From positions 1 to 29,401 of the IMG/VR virus record IMGVR_UViG_3300020045_003673: a DNA stretch of 29,401 bases, one strand, 5' to 3'. The stretch is from a virus (Duplodnaviria > Caudoviricetes). Of this stretch, positions 25,658-29,401 are shown in pieces. The first letter of the stretch is position 1, and every line of letters starts with the position of its first letter. A program made the position numbers and the translations under genes. Below the pieces are notes generated by a model, which saw nothing but the letters and a program-made list of their open reading frames with translations, did not search any database and had not been told where the DNA came from.

Positions 25658-25836
25658 TGATGGAAATCACGCTTTCATTGTGGATGCTAGTTCCTTTTTT
25701 GTGGGTCTTTTTGAATTTGCTTGCTGTTTTTATTTCATGCAGAAAATATGGAGTTGATAACTTTGAATTGTTTATTATTATTTATGTTGCTGTATTTCCA
25801 TCATTATTAATGATACTTGCAAAACAAATGCCATAA
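25657..25836 (+). CDS. small two-TM membrane protein, AT-rich
   Basis: AAGGAG RBS; two hydrophobic segments. Confidence 0.6.
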   Translation: MMEITLSLWMLVPFLWVFLNLLAVFISCRKYGVDNFELFIIIYVAVFPSLLMILAKQMP

Positions 25837-25866
25837 CAAAAAACCCGCGTAATGCGGGTTTGTTTT
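25837..25866. terminator. bidirectional rho-independent terminator
   Basis: AAAAAACCCGCG-TAA-TGCGGGTTTGTTTT between convergent genes. Confidence 0.85.
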
Positions 25867-26254
25867 ATTGTGCTGCTACGCCTTTAGATTTTTCATACGT
25901 TCGCAAAGCACCAAGGCCAAGCAAGCCTAAAAGCACTGGCATCATTTCAGATACATCGGCTTTTTGAAGTAAAACAGGGTTTTCTAAAATGGTGCAAATT
26001 GTTGACACAATCGAGATCCCAATCCAATTCCAAGCGCACGCCGTACCGCATACCCAACCGATAAAAGGACGCCATCCAGACACAAAAACAGACGGGCTAG
26101 AGGCTTCAATCTTGTTAACCTCTAGCTGACCTTGAACCAATGCAACAGCCGCTGCCAATTGTTGCTTTTCAGCTTCTGACTTGTCTGGCCAAATCTTACC
26201 AATGACGGTATTTGCCAATTCAGAAACCGCACCAAGTCCAGTAATATCAGCCAT
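25865..26254 (-). CDS. holin, 3TM/GTA-type family
   Basis: FVSGWRPFIGWVC and LGLLGLGALRTYEK motifs. Confidence 0.85.
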   Translation of the reverse strand: MADITGLGAVSELANTVIGKIWPDKSEAEKQQLAAAVALVQGQLEVNKIEASSPSVFVSGWRPFIGWVCGTACAWNWIGISIVSTICTILENPVLLQKADVSEMMPVLLGLLGLGALRTYEKSKGVAAQ

Positions 26255-26661
26255 TACGCATGCTCCCGCAAAAAGTCATCAATAGAATGGCCACCGGTAT
26301 TTTGGAAATGCGGCTTATCCTTGAACTTCCACAGGCCACCCCATTCAAGGCCAGCCAAGGCACCTACAGCACCGATACGAGACCATAAGCGAGCGTCATC
26401 CCATATGGCCTTACCAGCCACTACCGGAACCACGTCAAAGGCCACGCGGTGATTGTGAAAGCTGTAACCAGGCTTTGCATTTGTCACAATCTTGCCAATG
26501 GTTTTGCGCCCCTGGTCGTACAAAGCACCCTGCGAAGCATAGTCCCGGTAAGTGCTAGTCACAATCAAGTCGATACCTTCAAGCAAGCAACCAGCGATTA
26601 AGGCTTTCGCCTTCGCTTTTGTGTCAGGCGTTAGATCGTCAAGATTTCGACTGTTTATCAT
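26254..26661 (-). CDS. endolysin, M15 family (L-Ala-D-Glu peptidase-like)
   Basis: TYR...Q..LY.QGR, SFHN...AFD, WGG.W...DKPHFQ. Confidence 0.92.
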   Translation of the reverse strand: MINSRNLDDLTPDTKAKAKALIAGCLLEGIDLIVTSTYRDYASQGALYDQGRKTIGKIVTNAKPGYSFHNHRVAFDVVPVVAGKAIWDDARLWSRIGAVGALAGLEWGGLWKFKDKPHFQNTGGHSIDDFLREHA

Positions 26662-26712
26662 ACATATTTTCCCATTCGTTTTTCATCCAGTGCAACATCA
26701 CAATACAGCACA

Positions 26713-27057
26713 TCATTTTTGAATTCCTAATTTCATAGAAGCAACTGAGATAATACCAGCAACCAAAACAAGAAATAAGCCTTTCATAGCAAAGTCGATA
26801 ATGGTTTTAGTCATTCCTGCTTTGTAACCGTCCATTTGTTCAGCGTTTTTGATTGACCTGAAATGGTAAAGTCGATGACCTTCAAGGTCTGGCTTACCAA
26901 GATCATTAGTCACAAACGCCGTCGAATGTTCTTCTTGCTTGCGAATTACAGTATCTAATTGACGCTGCATTTCCAGAAGCAATTTAACAATATCGCCGTT
27001 ACTTGGATTAGGGTTTGAGTCAGACGCTCGTCGCTGTGGTGTATCAATATCACTCAC
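26713..27057 (-). CDS. membrane-anchored protein of the lysis region
   Basis: N-terminal RRASD, central coiled coil, C-terminal TM helix. Confidence 0.7.
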   Translation of the reverse strand: MSDIDTPQRRASDSNPNPSNGDIVKLLLEMQRQLDTVIRKQEEHSTAFVTNDLGKPDLEGHRLYHFRSIKNAEQMDGYKAGMTKTIIDFAMKGLFLVLVAGIISVASMKLGIQK

Positions 27058-27491
27058 TCTTTAGGCCCTTTGGCTAAAATATAAGGGCGAACCCAAATCC
27101 ATACAGCAGCGAATGCTAATGCAAACTCTCCACCCATTGCAGCCGGCGGCGGGTACACCGACAACAATGGCGACACGATGCCAATATAAACCCATAAGCA
27201 AGCGTTAAACGCTGCAAAGTACCGAGCAAATGAGCTGTGCATATCACCGTTTAAGATGATGGTTAATTGCACGCCAGCCGATAAAAGCAACACAATACCC
27301 CACGACTCAGCAGGCATTATAACGGCCATTTGCTTGTAAGTAGGGCGACTAAACAAGTCATGGCTATTACCCCAAAACAACAACATCACCGCCCAAAAGA
27401 ATTCAGCAATCGCAAGACTTAAACGGCTTGCAATCAAATCTGAATCCCACAATGCGCGGGATAGGTTGTTTATTAGTTTATTACTTGGCAT
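27054..27491 (-). CDS. multi-TM membrane protein
   Basis: About 4 hydrophobic helices; likely start ATG 27491, just after the upstream stop. Confidence 0.7.
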   Translation of the reverse strand: MPSNKLINNLSRALWDSDLIASRLSLAIAEFFWAVMLLFWGNSHDLFSRPTYKQMAVIMPAESWGIVLLLSAGVQLTIILNGDMHSSFARYFAAFNACLWVYIGIVSPLLSVYPPPAAMGGEFALAFAAVWIWVRPYILAKGPKE

Positions 27492-27492
27492 T

Positions 27493-27834
27493 TTAAATGT
27501 GATCGCCTGACGGGTCGAATGGGTCAAGTAATGGTTCAAACCAAACCGCTACACCCTTACGCCATCCAGTTGAAGTTTTGTTATGGCGCTTAAGTCGTGC
27601 TGTTACAGTGGTTTCTTTTGGAAACTCCAAAAGTATTACAGTCATAACAAGCCAATTTACAAGAGCATCAAATACCAATCCAAATATTAGAATTGGAGTT
27701 CCAATAATAAGCGCTTTACCAGTTAGCAATCCAATATCTTTGACGCGCTTTAGATTCATGACGGCTAAGTACAGCACCCAAAGCATGTAAGTTATACATG
27801 CTGAAAATGCAATGTAAATTAAAGCTGAAATCAC
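27493..27834 (-). CDS. membrane protein
   Basis: Two hydrophobic segments; LLDPFDPSGDH C-terminus. Confidence 0.72.
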   Translation of the reverse strand: MISALIYIAFSACITYMLWVLYLAVMNLKRVKDIGLLTGKALIIGTPILIFGLVFDALVNWLVMTVILLEFPKETTVTARLKRHNKTSTGWRKGVAVWFEPLLDPFDPSGDHI

Positions 27835-28202
27835 AAAACAGAACCTTCCATGAACAATGCATCCAGTTCAGATTCATCAAGCCCAAGCGCCATAGCCAAA
27901 GCCTCAGTCAGCGGATCAGTACGCTCAACAGTCGCCGCAAACTCCCAATCGATCTGAGCTTCACTAGACATCTGCGATACACCCTCGATCACAGTATCGA
28001 GCAAGCCAGCAGCGAATAGGGCACGGCGGGCTTGCTTCATTGAGAGTGAGGATGGGATGATGACTGGAATTGATGCAAGTTGTGCCGCTTGGATAGATTG
28101 CGCTTCTTCGTCAGTAATTTTCACGCAGCCAGCAGGAAGAAGATACTCAAACTCGCTTGAGTCAATCACATGAATATTATTTTGTTTGTCTTTGTAGAAC
28201 AT
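27831..28202 (-). CDS. putative tail fibre assembly/chaperone protein
   Basis: Directly after the tail fibre; QARRAL...WEFA..VER...LGL...LDALF. Confidence 0.6.
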   Translation of the reverse strand: MFYKDKQNNIHVIDSSEFEYLLPAGCVKITDEEAQSIQAAQLASIPVIIPSSLSMKQARRALFAAGLLDTVIEGVSQMSSEAQIDWEFAATVERTDPLTEALAMALGLDESELDALFMEGSVL

Positions 28203-28211
28203 GATTTTTCC

Positions 28212-29315
28212 TTAGCGAAGTTCAGACCATCGTGAAGAATAAATAGATAAAGTACCTATTGTTGATGTAAGTATGTAACTAGCACCATGTGGTATAACAA
28301 CAGAAATAGATGATACAGCATTTGCAAGGTATGAATCCGTGCTCCATGCAGATGCAACACCATTAACAGTAAATACACCTGCCCCGTTCTGTGTGTTGTT
28401 TTGCACCCCAGCAACCGCTATAATTGGTTTTCCTGTTGTGTTGTAGTATGTTGTTCCAATGACCCGACTTCCGGCTACGCTTTGCCAAGTCTGACCATAC
28501 CCCAAACTACTCATCACAGCCAGCGCCTGCCCACCATCTCCAGTAACAACAAGCGCCTGAGCCCAAGTGCCAGCTGTTGTCTGAGTAGACACAACAGAGC
28601 CAACTACCCGATAAGCAACGCCAGTGCGAGCAGTCGTCGAGTAGATAACATTCGCAGAATCTGAGGCTGACGACATCACCGTTGTGTTAATCAAACCCGT
28701 CTCAGTCAGATCATTTCCACCAGCCAAATTAACTACTGCAAGCTCTTTTGTGCCAGCGTTATTAATCTCAAGGATGATGATGGTTGAAGCGACTGCGCTT
28801 ACAGTGCCTAGAGTTGCACCAGATGGGACTACAAGAGTCAATGCTGCCGCATTGGACAACTGAACAGGAAGACCTGCACCAGTTAAAGTGGTTGACCTGA
28901 ACTGCGTCGTGCATGGGTTTATGCCCACTGTGAGCGCATTGGCTGCGACTGAAGCTGTGACTGGCTTAATACCACCGTCAGAGCCTTGCGCTGACCCTGT
29001 GCCGCCCTGCGCAATTGATAAAGCAGTAGTTAACCCTGAAAGTGATGTGATATCACTATTCGCACCTTTGGCAGCAAACAAGCCACCTAAAGTGTTTTTA
29101 AGAACTAATCCAGTAGCACTCTTCTCTTCAGTTCCCTGACGAACTAAAAGCAAGTCAGCATCATTAATTACTGTAGCCGGTGTCAATTCTGGAAATGTAG
29201 TATCTCCAGCACCCAACTCGCTAATAATAGATGGTTCACTAGCAGCTAGTGAAAGCAGCTCAGTTTGTTTTACAAGTAATGCGCGTAATTGCGCTTCTTC
29301 AGTGCTGCTTAGCAT
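28212..29315 (-). CDS. tail fibre protein
   Basis: KGANSDITSLSGLTTALSIAQGGTG fibre motif; C-terminal GYGQTWQ...YNTTGKPI...WSELR domain; likely start ATG 29315. Confidence 0.85.
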   Translation of the reverse strand: MLSSTEEAQLRALLVKQTELLSLAASEPSIISELGAGDTTFPELTPATVINDADLLLVRQGTEEKSATGLVLKNTLGGLFAAKGANSDITSLSGLTTALSIAQGGTGSAQGSDGGIKPVTASVAANALTVGINPCTTQFRSTTLTGAGLPVQLSNAAALTLVVPSGATLGTVSAVASTIIILEINNAGTKELAVVNLAGGNDLTETGLINTTVMSSASDSANVIYSTTARTGVAYRVVGSVVSTQTTAGTWAQALVVTGDGGQALAVMSSLGYGQTWQSVAGSRVIGTTYYNTTGKPIIAVAGVQNNTQNGAGVFTVNGVASAWSTDSYLANAVSSISVVIPHGASYILTSTIGTLSIYSSRWSELR

Positions 29316-29327
29316 AATTGGTACCAA

Positions 29328-29401
29328 TCATAAAATTCCATTAATTACGGCCACTATTGCAACATTACTCAATTGCGCGTCAATAGCCATTGCATGACCT
29401 A
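29328..29401 (-). CDS. 3' end of an upstream (tail/baseplate?) gene, truncated by the window edge
   Basis: Open frame ...GHAMAIDAQLSNVAIVAVINGIL, stop at 29328-29330. Confidence 0.35.
   Translation of the reverse strand, partial: GHAMAIDAQLSNVAIVAVINGIL

Noticed and set aside
759-29139. Many antisense or alternate-frame ORFs in the track (e.g. 759-1103, 7440-7841, 13030-13413, 23597-24121, 24601-25101)
   Set aside because: They are shadows of well-supported genes, with no RBS or recognisable motifs.
28212-29315. Diversity-generating retroelement targeting the tail fibre
   Set aside because: No reverse transcriptase or template repeat seen in the window.
1-29401. Stop-codon reassignment or tRNA genes
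   Set aside because: Conserved genes are intact under code 11 with all three stops used, and no cloverleaf was seen in the few intergenic gaps.

Overview
This window is part of a tailed dsDNA phage genome (Caudoviricetes). The host is possibly a betaproteobacterium, inferred only from the style of the small ORFs and promoters. The left end (minus strand) has a primase-helicase, an iteron-like putative origin, terS, terL (PBSX type), a DUF1073 portal, a gp7/Mu-F minor head protein and the start of a DUF2213 head protein. The centre (plus strand, about 8.8-25.8 kb) is the early/middle arm: many small ORFs, dCMP deaminase + ThyX + an NrdR-like Zn-ribbon protein, a Sak4/SSB/Cas4-like exonuclease/SF2 helicase/resolvase module, a SNF2-helicase + HNH + two-methyltransferase block, a Mom-like DNA modifier and a MazG-like pyrophosphatase. 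The right end (minus strand) has a tail fibre, a probable chaperone, membrane proteins, an M15 endolysin and a 3TM holin, ending at a bidirectional terminator. I found no integrase, CI-type repressor, DNA polymerase, tRNA or CRISPR array. The most notable signals are an 11-nt promoter motif (TG[ACT]GCTACA[ACG]T) present 10 times, a multi-enzyme DNA-modification set with beta-clamp-like tails, an HTH + RNAP alphaCTD-like protein, an RBS-sequestering hairpin before the HNH gene, and a repeated AAGCCATGA gene junction. All family calls come from motif recognition by eye, not from database searches.
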